DNA of 64,000 bases from Candidatus Babeliales bacterium (GTDB lineage Bacteria; Babelota; Babeliae; Babelales; JANWKD01). A program made the position numbers and the translations under genes. Location: assembly GCA_963722075.1 (NCBI GenBank), contig CAVRJM010000001.1:416001-480000 (forward strand). The letters run 5' to 3'. This document shows positions 10,476 to 19,610 of the stretch, one piece after another. The first letter of the stretch is position 1. Each line of letters begins with the position of its first letter. The notes beneath the pieces were generated by a model. It was not told the DNA's origin. It searched no databases and worked only from the letters and a program-made list of their open reading frames with translations.

Positions 10476-11264
10476 ATGAAATTATATAGAGTTCAAGCAG
10501 TAATGCTGCGTCATTTATTATTATCATTTCGTGTTTTTGGAAACGTTATCAATTTATTTTATTGGCCACTGCTTAATATTTTACTGTGGGGTTTTAATAG
10601 TGTTTGGAACGAGCAAACACAACATCAACCAGCAGAAGTAACCTTAGCTTTACTAACCGCGCTTATGCTTTGGCAAATATTATTTCGTCTTAATATGGAA
10701 ATTTGTATTAACTTATTTGATGAGATACAATCACATGATTTTTCGAGTCTTTTTAGCACACCCTTAACTCTTGCTGAATGGAGTATGGCGGTTGTGGGAT
10801 TAGGATTTTTAAAATCAATTATCACTTTTATTTTTGCTAATCTTATGATTTTTATTTTGTATAGCGTCAATATTCTTACTCTTGGCTGGTATTTGGTTCC
10901 CTTTTTGGGGCTTATTGCGCTTACTGGTTGGGCAGTAGGATTTTTAACGGCATGCGGAATTGTTTATTGGGGCAAAAGTGTACATGAATTGGTATGGGTA
11001 TGTGTATGGGCTTTTGTACCCTTTAGTGGTATTTTTTACTCAGTTACGGTACTTCCAAAATGGGCACAATATATTGCAGCGCTTATTCCGCAATCATATT
11101 TATTTGAAGCGCTTCGTACCTTTATTTTACACAATGCCTTACCGCTTCAGCCATTACTTATAAGTTTTTTATTAAGCATACTGTATTTATGCGGTTCATT
11201 AGTCTTTTTTAACTACTCATTTGAAAAAAGTAAAAGCAAGGGACTTTCGCGCTTAGAACATTAG
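10476..11264 (+). CDS. ABC-2 type permease (paralog of the previous gene)
   Basis: MKLYR start, YWPLL, SGIFYSVTVLPKW. Confidence 0.88.
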   Translation: MKLYRVQAVMLRHLLLSFRVFGNVINLFYWPLLNILLWGFNSVWNEQTQHQPAEVTLALLTALMLWQILFRLNMEICINLFDEIQSHDFSSLFSTPLTLAEWSMAVVGLGFLKSIITFIFANLMIFILYSVNILTLGWYLVPFLGLIALTGWAVGFLTACGIVYWGKSVHELVWVCVWAFVPFSGIFYSVTVLPKWAQYIAALIPQSYLFEALRTFILHNALPLQPLLISFLLSILYLCGSLVFFNYSFEKSKSKGLSRLEH

Positions 11265-11357
11265 GGTAGTTTTCCTGGCGTTATACTTTACTTTTTGTTT
11301 TTTGGTTAATTATTCTAAAAGCATAATTCTCAAAAGTAACTAAAAAAGGACGTTAGT

Positions 11358-12206
11358 ATGAAAGCGATATGGCAGGGAACCTTATCATTTGGCATGGTCA
11401 ATATTCCCGTGGGGCTTTATTCAGCAATTGAAACGCAATCACTTGGCTTTACTATGTTGTGTGGTACCTGTAAAAACCCAATTCATTATAAAAGATGGTG
11501 CGATCACTGCAAAAAAGAAGTTATCTGGGACAATATTGTTAAAGGATTTAAAATAAAGAAAGATACCTATTTTATTCTGACGCAAGAAAATCTTCATAAA
11601 TTAAAACCAACCAAAACCGATGCCATTGATATTCAAGAATTTGTAGATGTTTCCTTAATTGAACCGATTTATTTAGAAAAGCACTATTATCTGGCACCTA
11701 AAAAATCTGGTGAAAAAGCATATTTTTTATTTGTTAAAGCATTAAATGCTGCTGCAAAAGTAGCAGTTGGCATTTTTGTTATGCGTGATAAAGAGCATGT
11801 GTGTGTTATATGGCCTTATTTAAACGGGTTATTATTGACCACCTTAAATTATGCCTATGAAATTAAAGATATGGATGCTATTGAAACGCTCAAAGATGCT
11901 GCACCAAAAATTACCGAATCTGAACTTAAGCTGGCACTTAAATTAATTGATATGCAAACAAAAAAAAGTTTCGATTTATCAAAATATAAAGATCATTTTG
12001 CCGAGCGTCTTGCAGCCGTGATAAAAAAAGGAGGTAAAACGAAATTATTACCTGAGGAAAAACCACGCAAGACAACACATGAATCTGCATTGCTTACTGC
12101 ATTACGGGCAAGTATAGAAAAGCCAAAAGCACGCGCAACTAAGGCATCGGTAGCACGCGCTTCTTCGCGCCCAAGAAAGCCTGCTATGAAAGCAAAAAAA
12201 CGGTAG
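11358..12206 (+). CDS. ku: Ku protein (NHEJ DNA end-binding)
   Basis: MKAIWQGTLSFGMVNIPV, YYLAP, basic C-terminal tail. Confidence 0.93.
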   Translation: MKAIWQGTLSFGMVNIPVGLYSAIETQSLGFTMLCGTCKNPIHYKRWCDHCKKEVIWDNIVKGFKIKKDTYFILTQENLHKLKPTKTDAIDIQEFVDVSLIEPIYLEKHYYLAPKKSGEKAYFLFVKALNAAAKVAVGIFVMRDKEHVCVIWPYLNGLLLTTLNYAYEIKDMDAIETLKDAAPKITESELKLALKLIDMQTKKSFDLSKYKDHFAERLAAVIKKGGKTKLLPEEKPRKTTHESALLTALRASIEKPKARATKASVARASSRPRKPAMKAKKR

Positions 12207-12212
12207 TAATTA

Positions 12213-12776
12213 TTATTGACGATTAATATCTGCTATTAATTTCTGTAATTCAGTATCGATAAGTTCTGATTGTGGATTTTCAAGCCTCCCTAACTCTTTT
12301 CTATTATTTATTAACACAAAAGTTGGGACTGCAGTAATATCACCTTGTTCAGCAATCTTAAATAATTTAGATACTTCAATGATAACAAACTTTGCCTTGT
12401 CAGCATTGTTTTCAGCCATACGATGAAACCCGTTAAGTACTTGCATGTTTATCGGATCCGTTTCATCATAAAAAAGAAGCATACTTGGGCCTTTGAAATT
12501 GAGTACTTCAGATTCAAATGCCATTTCAGCCGGGCTAAAATTTTTCATTAAAACATCTATAGTTTCGGGTGCATTCTTAGCTTCAGGCGCCAATATATTT
12601 GCTAGTTTTTGTTCTTTGAGCAGCTGTACAATAATATTAGCAGAACTATTTAAATCGACTACTGCATCACTTTTTTCAATTTGTTGAGATGCAGGTATCG
12701 CATATTTTTGATGATCAGATGAATTACATCCTGCTAAAAAAATAATAATAGGTATAAAAATAATTATATGCTTCAT
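12213..12776 (-). CDS. Lipoprotein with thioredoxin-like fold, no CxxC
   Basis: Lipobox LAGC; C-terminal ITAVPTFVLINNRKELGR resembles the Trx cis-Pro region. Confidence 0.7.
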   Translation of the reverse strand: MKHIIIFIPIIIFLAGCNSSDHQKYAIPASQQIEKSDAVVDLNSSANIIVQLLKEQKLANILAPEAKNAPETIDVLMKNFSPAEMAFESEVLNFKGPSMLLFYDETDPINMQVLNGFHRMAENNADKAKFVIIEVSKLFKIAEQGDITAVPTFVLINNRKELGRLENPQSELIDTELQKLIADINRQ

Positions 12777-12895
12777 AACTATTAATATAGGTGTAATTTT
12801 TATTTTTTCAAACTAAAAATTTGATTAATAAGCGTATGAATATTAAGCTATCTTTAATTATATTGAGTAAATAAATAGCCTTATAATGGATTTCA

Positions 12896-14317
12896 ATGAG
12901 TGAAAAATTAGCTGATATAAAAACTAACTTCCCCGAGTGGTACCAAGATGTTGTTTACAAATCGCATCTAGCAGATCAAGCACCCGTACGCGGCTGCATG
13001 ATAATTCGTCCTTATGGATACGCCTTATGGGAAAACATCCGCGATACTCTTGATAAAAGAATTAAAGATACGGGACATCATAATGCTTACTTTCCCTTAT
13101 TTATTCCCGAAGAATTTTTAAAAAGAGAAGAAAAACATGTTGAAGGTTTTTCGCCTGAGCTTGCAATTGTAACGCATGCTGGTGGCAAAGATTTAGAAGA
13201 GCCATTAGTAGTTCGCCCAACCTCAGAAACAATGATCCATTATATGTTCGCCCAATGGATTAAATCGTGGCGCGATTTACCCATGAAAATAAATCAATGG
13301 GCAAATGTAGTGCGCTGGGAAATGCGCACGCGGCCTTTTTTGCGTACCACAGAATTTTTGTGGCAAGAAGGCCATACGGCACATGAAACAGCGCAGCAAG
13401 CGCAAGATGAAGCAGAATTAATGTTTAACGAGTATTATGATTTGTTCACCAACTATTTGGCAATCCCTGTTGTAAAAGGAAAAAAATCAGAAAGTGAAAA
13501 ATTTGCTGGTGCTGATACTACGTACACCATTGAAGGAATGATGCAAGATGGTAGGGCATTACAAATGTGTACTTCTCATATTATTTCTCGCAACTTTTCA
13601 AAAGCATTTAACATTTTGTATCAAACACGTGAAGGAAATCTTGATCACCCTTATTTAACCAGTTGGGGATTTACCACGCGTTCTATTGGCGCTATTGTTA
13701 TGGTGCATGGCGATCAAAAAGGACTTATTTTACCCCCTAAAGTTGCTCCTATTCAGGTGGTGATTATTCCTATTTATAAAACTGATGATGATAAACAAGC
13801 ATTACTTGATATGGTAAATAATGTGGCGATGCGTTTAAAAGCTATTGCGCGTATTACTATTGATGATAATGAACATATGCGCCCAGGTGAGAAATTTTAT
13901 ACTTGGGAACTTAAAGGGGTGCCGTTGCGTGTGGAAATTGGATCACGCGATCTTAAAAATGGTACGGTAGTGCTTGCTGATCGAATCGGCATTGCTAAAG
14001 AGACAGTACCGGTAAATGCTATTATTGAAGCGGTACAAGGCCGCCTTGAATTGGTGCAGCAGAAAATGTTTGAGCGTGCCCAAGAACGCTTAAAAACACA
14101 ATGGCATATGGGCAATAAACTGACTGAATTTGGTAGCAAAATAGAAGAACAGGGCGGTTTTTGGCAAACAGGCTGGTGTCGCGATGCTGCATGCGAATTG
14201 CTTCTTAAGCAATATAAAGCAACTATCCGCTGCCTTCTTGATGAAGTTACCGCGGCAGTATGTTTTAATTGCAATAAGAAATCGATTAGTGATATTTTAG
14301 TAGCTAAATCGTATTAA
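12896..14317 (+). CDS. proS: Prolyl-tRNA synthetase (eukaryote/archaea-like type)
   Basis: VRPTSET, VVRWEMRTRPFLRTTEFLWQEGHT, SWGFTTR, C-terminal Zn Cys and AKSY end. Confidence 0.96.
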   Translation: MSEKLADIKTNFPEWYQDVVYKSHLADQAPVRGCMIIRPYGYALWENIRDTLDKRIKDTGHHNAYFPLFIPEEFLKREEKHVEGFSPELAIVTHAGGKDLEEPLVVRPTSETMIHYMFAQWIKSWRDLPMKINQWANVVRWEMRTRPFLRTTEFLWQEGHTAHETAQQAQDEAELMFNEYYDLFTNYLAIPVVKGKKSESEKFAGADTTYTIEGMMQDGRALQMCTSHIISRNFSKAFNILYQTREGNLDHPYLTSWGFTTRSIGAIVMVHGDQKGLILPPKVAPIQVVIIPIYKTDDDKQALLDMVNNVAMRLKAIARITIDDNEHMRPGEKFYTWELKGVPLRVEIGSRDLKNGTVVLADRIGIAKETVPVNAIIEAVQGRLELVQQKMFERAQERLKTQWHMGNKLTEFGSKIEEQGGFWQTGWCRDAACELLLKQYKATIRCLLDEVTAAVCFNCNKKSISDILVAKSY

Positions 14318-14856
14318 TCTCCGCTAAATAATTCAATAATAGCAGGGTTAAATTCAGGAATATCGTCAGGTTTTCTACTAGTGACTAAATTGCCATCACG
14401 GACTACTTGTTTATCAATCCAAAGAGCTCCAGCATTCATAAGATCAACTTTAATAGAAGGCCATGAAGTCATGGTACGATCCTGTACTGCTTGTGCATTA
14501 ATAAGTGTCCATGGGCCATGACAAATTGCCGCAATTGGTTTGCCAGCAATGGTAAAATGTTTAACAAAATCTATTGCTTCCGGAATCATGCGTAAACGAT
14601 CAGGATTTATAACGCCGCCGGGCAACAAAAGTCCTTTATAATCTTCTGGATGCGCATTGGATAAATAAATATCAACATCAAATGTATCGGCCCAGTTATT
14701 ATCTTTCCAACCTCGCACGGTTGATTTTTCGGGAGATATTAAATCAACACGCGCACCTGCTTCTTGTAATGCTGCACGAGGCTTAGTCATTTCATCTTGC
14801 TCAAAACCATTGGCTACTAATAAGGCTATACGAACGCCTGATAATTGAGTACTCAT
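14314..14856 (-). CDS. PfpI/DJ-1 family protein
   Basis: GFEQDE, LPGGVINPD, AAICHGPW, TSRKPDD. Confidence 0.92.
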   Translation of the reverse strand: MSTQLSGVRIALLVANGFEQDEMTKPRAALQEAGARVDLISPEKSTVRGWKDNNWADTFDVDIYLSNAHPEDYKGLLLPGGVINPDRLRMIPEAIDFVKHFTIAGKPIAAICHGPWTLINAQAVQDRTMTSWPSIKVDLMNAGALWIDKQVVRDGNLVTSRKPDDIPEFNPAIIELFSGD

Positions 14857-14956
14857 GCATCGATCCTTTTCTATTTTATTGCAACCGTATTTATACTACT
14901 ATACTATTATCTTCATAATAAATCTGTTACTGCCTATGCAGGCTATTTGAATAATT

Positions 14957-15853
14957 ATGGAATCTATTTTAAATAAATTTGAAGCTTATCTAGTCACCAA
15001 AAAATGCGCTGCTCTTAATAGTGTACATGCGTATGTTGCTGATATAAAACAGTTCGCTTTATTTACGCAAACTAATCAACAAACATTAATGACCGCTAAT
15101 CAAGATACGATCAAATTGTTTTTGAAAGAGCTCAAAAAAAAGAATATAACCAGTCGTTCTATTGCACGTAAAATTTCTTCATTAAAATTATTTTACAAAT
15201 GGGCACAGGATCAATTGCAATGGAATAATATAGCAACCAATTTTATAATTCCCAAGATAGAAAAAAAATTACCTGAATTTCTTACTCCTGAAGAAGTGCA
15301 AGAATTATTAGAAGTTGCTCAAAATGACACCGCGGAAAATGGAAAACGGAACTTTGTACTCTTGTATTTATTATATGCAGGAGGTTTGCGTATTTCTGAG
15401 CTCACTTCATTACGTATACCTCAAATAAGCTTTACCGAGGGTATTGTAAAAGTGCATGGTAAAGGGGCCAAGGAACGCATTGTCCCATTACCGCATGCCA
15501 TTATGGAATTATTAAAAGAATATTTAGATAGTGTACATAAAAAATTTGTTGCTGCTCATCAAGCAACTGATTACCTTTTTCCCACCATATATGCAGGCAA
15601 AATAAAGCCGCTCTCACGCCAAGCTTGTTGGATGATGTTGAAAGAACTTTGTAAAAAAACAACTATTAATCGTCCTATTTCGCCCCATGTATTACGCCAT
15701 TCTATTGCCACTCATTTATTAAAAAATGGCGCCCATTTACGATCATTGCAGCTGTTGTTGGGACATGAAAACTTGTCTACGGTAGAAATATACACGCATA
15801 TTGAATTAAGTTATTTGCGTACTGTTTATGATAAAAAACATCCGCGTTCGTAA
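14957..15853 (+). CDS. xerD: XerC/XerD-type tyrosine recombinase
   Basis: GLRISEL, GKGAKER, HVLRHS, LLGH, IYTH, ending HPRS; xerD versus xerC is tentative. Confidence 0.85.
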   Translation: MESILNKFEAYLVTKKCAALNSVHAYVADIKQFALFTQTNQQTLMTANQDTIKLFLKELKKKNITSRSIARKISSLKLFYKWAQDQLQWNNIATNFIIPKIEKKLPEFLTPEEVQELLEVAQNDTAENGKRNFVLLYLLYAGGLRISELTSLRIPQISFTEGIVKVHGKGAKERIVPLPHAIMELLKEYLDSVHKKFVAAHQATDYLFPTIYAGKIKPLSRQACWMMLKELCKKTTINRPISPHVLRHSIATHLLKNGAHLRSLQLLLGHENLSTVEIYTHIELSYLRTVYDKKHPRS

Positions 15854-16075
15854 CTCACTTTGGTGCTACTACAACTATTTTGAATACAAAAATGTCTATA
15901 TTTGTTGTAAATTAATGAGCAATGATTAAACTTTTCTTAGAGAAATAATAGTTACAAAATTATAAATTTTATATTTTTTGGGGTTAAAGGATTTTTGTGA
16001 TTAAAAAGAATATAGCATTATTTTCAACTAACCGACCAATAAATAAAATAGAAAAAAGAAGGAAAAAACAGCTAT

Positions 16076-17194
16076 ATGGCTACCACATTTACCATTGATC
16101 AGAAAAAGCTTCTTTCTGTATTATCAGCAATGCAACCGATTTGTACCAAAAGAACTACCCTCGATACTACAACTTCTATATTATTTCACGTTGGCAATCG
16201 TGAATTAGTGTTAAAAAGTACCGATTTAGAAATCGCGCTGCAATCAACCTGTATGTTGCCTTATCAAAATATACATAGTGAATATTCTTTTCTAGTTTCA
16301 GGTAAGCGAATTTTTGACTTAGTCAAAGAATTAGAAGACGAAATAACGTTTAATTTTGAAAATAATCAGCTCTCGCTTGAAGCAAATAATATACAATTGT
16401 CTTTGAATGTAAAAGAGGCAGAAGGGTTTCCACCATTTCCAGAACGTATTGAAAACTTAATGCATATAGATGCTGCATTTTTTCTTACATTATTAGAGAA
16501 AGTTGCTTTTTTAATTCCGCAAAATAATGCAAACTCAGCATTAAACGGGCTCTTTTTAGAAGTTAATGCTACCGGATTAACCATGACCACTACCGATGGG
16601 CATTGCCTTGCACAAGTAGAATCGAGCAGCATATGCCTTGAGCAAGAAAAAAAATGGTTACTACCACGCCGTGCTATATTTGAACTTAAAAAAATATTAG
16701 AAAGCTCAGAAACAACAACTATTTTCTTAGGAATTTGTGCTAATCAATTAGTATTCTCCGGAGAATCATTCAATTTTTTTACAAAACTATTATCTGAACA
16801 ATTTCCTGCGTATCGTACTATTTTAAATAAGGATGATTTTTTGCCTGCATACGTTGATCGTACCCATTTAATTAAAACATTACGGCGCTCAGCATGCTTA
16901 CTCTCAGGACAATTTTTGGCAACCACGTTTGGATTCAATAAAGAGTTGCTTAACGTTGCTTTACAAAATAAAGAAGTAGGCAAATTACAAGAAGCGTTAC
17001 CAATTGAAGGCTTTACTGCCGATCAGCTTGATATACGTTTTTATGCTCCCTATATTCTGAATGGGTTGCAGGCTTTTTCTGAAGAAAAATTATTGTTTTA
17101 CTTAAAAAATGCAACCAAACCAATTATTTTCCAAGCTGATAGCGATAACTGCAAAATGACCTATTTAGTCATGCCGGTGTCTCCTACCGCTTAA
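16076..17194 (+). CDS. dnaN: DNA polymerase III beta clamp
   Basis: STDLEI, TTDGHCL, FPAY, YLVMPV; 372 aa. Confidence 0.93.
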   Translation: MATTFTIDQKKLLSVLSAMQPICTKRTTLDTTTSILFHVGNRELVLKSTDLEIALQSTCMLPYQNIHSEYSFLVSGKRIFDLVKELEDEITFNFENNQLSLEANNIQLSLNVKEAEGFPPFPERIENLMHIDAAFFLTLLEKVAFLIPQNNANSALNGLFLEVNATGLTMTTTDGHCLAQVESSSICLEQEKKWLLPRRAIFELKKILESSETTTIFLGICANQLVFSGESFNFFTKLLSEQFPAYRTILNKDDFLPAYVDRTHLIKTLRRSACLLSGQFLATTFGFNKELLNVALQNKEVGKLQEALPIEGFTADQLDIRFYAPYILNGLQAFSEEKLLFYLKNATKPIIFQADSDNCKMTYLVMPVSPTA

Positions 17195-17215
17195 TACCAT
17201 TTAAGAAGTAACCTT

Positions 17216-18301
17216 GTGCGTATATACCATCTTCAAGTGAAAAATTTTCGTTGCTTTACTGATTTTTCGCTTGATTTTAACGAGCCATTAATAGTAATTA
17301 CCGGTCGAAACGGGTCAGGGAAATCGTCCCTTTTGGAGGCGCTGCACTATTGTTGCTATTTACGTTCATTTCGCACTCATTTGCCCCGTGAGCTTATTAA
17401 TTTTATCAGTGAAAACTTTTTTATTAAAATTAAGCTCCATAGCCAGGCAGATGCACTATTTGATCATGAGCTTCAAGTAGGATTTTCAAAAAAGAAGCGG
17501 CTTATTAAAATTGATCAGCATCCGGTACAATCATATAAAGAGCTTGCAGCGTATTACCGGGTGATTACTGCCACCGAAGATGATTTAGTTCTTATTAAAG
17601 GATCTCCCGATATTAGACGCTTATTTCTTGATCAGGCATTAATGTTGGAAAATCCATCATTAGCAGGCACATTAAAGAGATATCGCCATATCGTTGAAAA
17701 TCGTAACGCGCTTTTACAACAACCACCGTATAATTATGAATCCTATAAAATATGGACGGAACAGCTGTGGACAGAAAGTATTACCATTCAAGAGCAACGA
17801 AGGCATTTTTTAGCTAATTTAGAGGAAAAAATACAACAGCTACTGCATGAACTTTTTGACAAAGAAATGCAGGTTTCATTTACGTACCATGCCAAAAAAA
17901 CAGAAATCGGACAATCATTTGAAGATTTTTGGATGAATATTGAAGCAATGCGGTCCATGGAAGGAGCCTTTAAAAGATCATTGTTTGGTGCCCACTTAGA
18001 TGACTTTTCTATTAATTTCTGCAATAAGACATCCCGCGCCTACGCTTCTCGAGGACAACAAAAGCTGCTCATAATGCTTATTAAAATAGCTCAGATGGAA
18101 GCGGTTGCCCTTCAATCTGGTCCATTACTATTATTACTTGACGACTTTCTAACTGATTTTGATGAACACCGCGGCCGTACCTTACTTTCTTATATAACGC
18201 AGTTACCCCATCAAATTATTATTACTAGACCGACCCGGGGAGGGTATCTAGAGGAGTTGGTTCAGAGTGGCCGTGCTCAGCATATTGAATTGACTCCCTG
18301 A
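17216..18301 (+). CDS. recF: DNA replication/repair protein RecF
   Basis: NFR, GRNGSGKS, RSFRT, GAHLDD, ASRGQQK, LLLLDD. Confidence 0.93.
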   Translation: MRIYHLQVKNFRCFTDFSLDFNEPLIVITGRNGSGKSSLLEALHYCCYLRSFRTHLPRELINFISENFFIKIKLHSQADALFDHELQVGFSKKKRLIKIDQHPVQSYKELAAYYRVITATEDDLVLIKGSPDIRRLFLDQALMLENPSLAGTLKRYRHIVENRNALLQQPPYNYESYKIWTEQLWTESITIQEQRRHFLANLEEKIQQLLHELFDKEMQVSFTYHAKKTEIGQSFEDFWMNIEAMRSMEGAFKRSLFGAHLDDFSINFCNKTSRAYASRGQQKLLIMLIKIAQMEAVALQSGPLLLLLDDFLTDFDEHRGRTLLSYITQLPHQIIITRPTRGGYLEELVQSGRAQHIELTP

Positions 18302-18341
18302 AACAATAATAATTATTTAATCAATTATAGTTTTTTGTTAG

Positions 18342-18370
18342 TTGACAGTTATAAAAAAACAGGATAAATT
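18342..18370 (+). promoter_or_regulatory. Sigma70-like promoter with no downstream CDS
   Basis: TTGACA-17 nt-TAAATT; a second TTGACA-16 nt-CATAAT at 18429-18456. Confidence 0.5.
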
Positions 18371-18523
18371 ATTAGTAATAATTACTGAAAATATGGCTTA
18401 ATATAGCGTTATGTTTAAATTATACATATTGACATTTTCTATATTTTATCCATAATTAAAATTGAACATACTGCAAAGTCGATAACAACAATTACTTAGG
18501 CTTCATTACTACTCTCCTTTTTT

Positions 18524-18562
18524 CCACCACATTGACTTACGTCAATGTGGTGGTTTTATTTT
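18524..18562 (+). terminator. Rho-independent terminator
   Basis: 13-bp perfect stem CCACCACATTGAC/GTCAATGTGGTGG, TTAC loop, followed by TTTTATTTT. Confidence 0.85.
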
Positions 18563-18680
18563 AACTATAAAAACCGCTTTATAGTACGATATTCGCAGAG
18601 ATCATTTCAATTAGAAACAATTATTCAATAATTTGAAGACTGATGAGAATCCTGTTATAAAATAATGACTTATTATTTAT

Positions 18681-18827
18681 TTACTGGATCCCCACGCTAC
18701 GCTCGGGACGACGATGGTCCAAAAACAAAAGAACGTCGTTGCGAGTTTATCCGACTTCGCCAAGGCTACTTCGGACAGGAGAAGCAACTGCGTCCGCCGT
18801 AGTTTTAACGAAGGCTGGATCCAGTAA
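18681..18827. repeat. Palindromic repeat cluster A (RPE/REP-like pair with two nested ~30-nt hairpins)
   Basis: CTGGATCCCCACGCTACGCTCGGGACGAC plus GTCGTTGCGAG..GAAGCAA..TCCAG interrupted at 18750-18779 and 18788-18819. Confidence 0.85.
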
Positions 18828-18864
18828 TCTATTTAAGTCTTTTAATTCTATACTTTAAAGGCAG

Positions 18865-19530
18865 TCATTTAACTAATTCATAAATATGAACAGGAGTGGA
18901 ACTGGACCAGGTCATTGGCAAATTCATCGTAGTTATTAATTTAAAATTTTTGTTATCGGGTAACGATTTTAACGTAATTATTCGTAGGCCCGGTTTTAAA
19001 GTTGCTAATTTCGCAGTAATTTGTTGCATCAATTCTGAAGAAAAACAAGTTGAACACATAAAAAAAATGGTCACCTCATTTAAGTTAACATTAAGGATAT
19101 TATCATTATAAAATTCAAGAATACGGTTGTCTGGTAGCTTTTTATCTTTGCGCAATGCCTCTTTAACAGTGAGCGCCTTATTATACCGTTCTTTAGAAAG
19201 CTCTATGCCGATACTTTTTTTTACTGGCGATGAAAGCAAAAACTGGATAACTAATTTTCCTACACCACATCCAGCGTCAGCAAAAACATCTGTTTTCTTT
19301 GGCTGAAGATAATTAATTAATTTTTCTACTGAATCGCAGGTAATTTCTCCATACGTTGAAGCGCACCCGTTTTTTTTAATATGCTCTTCATCTTCTTTTG
19401 AAATCCCAAAACCGCTAACAGTATTATAGTACTGATCAATAATTTTTTTACATTCAGCAGTGTTATCAAGAGAATAGCTCTTGTTAGCTAGTAAAATCAT
19501 GATGAATATAAAATAGTTATTTGCTTTCAT
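18865..19530 (-). CDS. Class I SAM-dependent methyltransferase, DOT1-like, with signal peptide
   Basis: TYGEI, FADAGCGVGK, GIELSKER, FMCSTCF, LKPG motifs. Confidence 0.8.
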   Translation of the reverse strand: MKANNYFIFIMILLANKSYSLDNTAECKKIIDQYYNTVSGFGISKEDEEHIKKNGCASTYGEITCDSVEKLINYLQPKKTDVFADAGCGVGKLVIQFLLSSPVKKSIGIELSKERYNKALTVKEALRKDKKLPDNRILEFYNDNILNVNLNEVTIFFMCSTCFSSELMQQITAKLATLKPGLRIITLKSLPDNKNFKLITTMNLPMTWSSSTPVHIYELVK

Positions 19531-19610
19531 AAAATCCCCTTATAAAAAATATATAAATATCCCTTGTATTAATAGTAAAGTGAATTACGAATGTAAATCA
19601 ATGTTATAAA

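Noticed and set aside
14957..15853. Integron or prophage integrase
   Set aside because: Size and motifs fit chromosomal Xer; no IntI-type insertion, attC sites or phage genes seen.
15854..16075. oriC upstream of dnaN
   Set aside because: No TTATCCACA-type boxes seen, no dnaA, and a dif-like site lies nearby.
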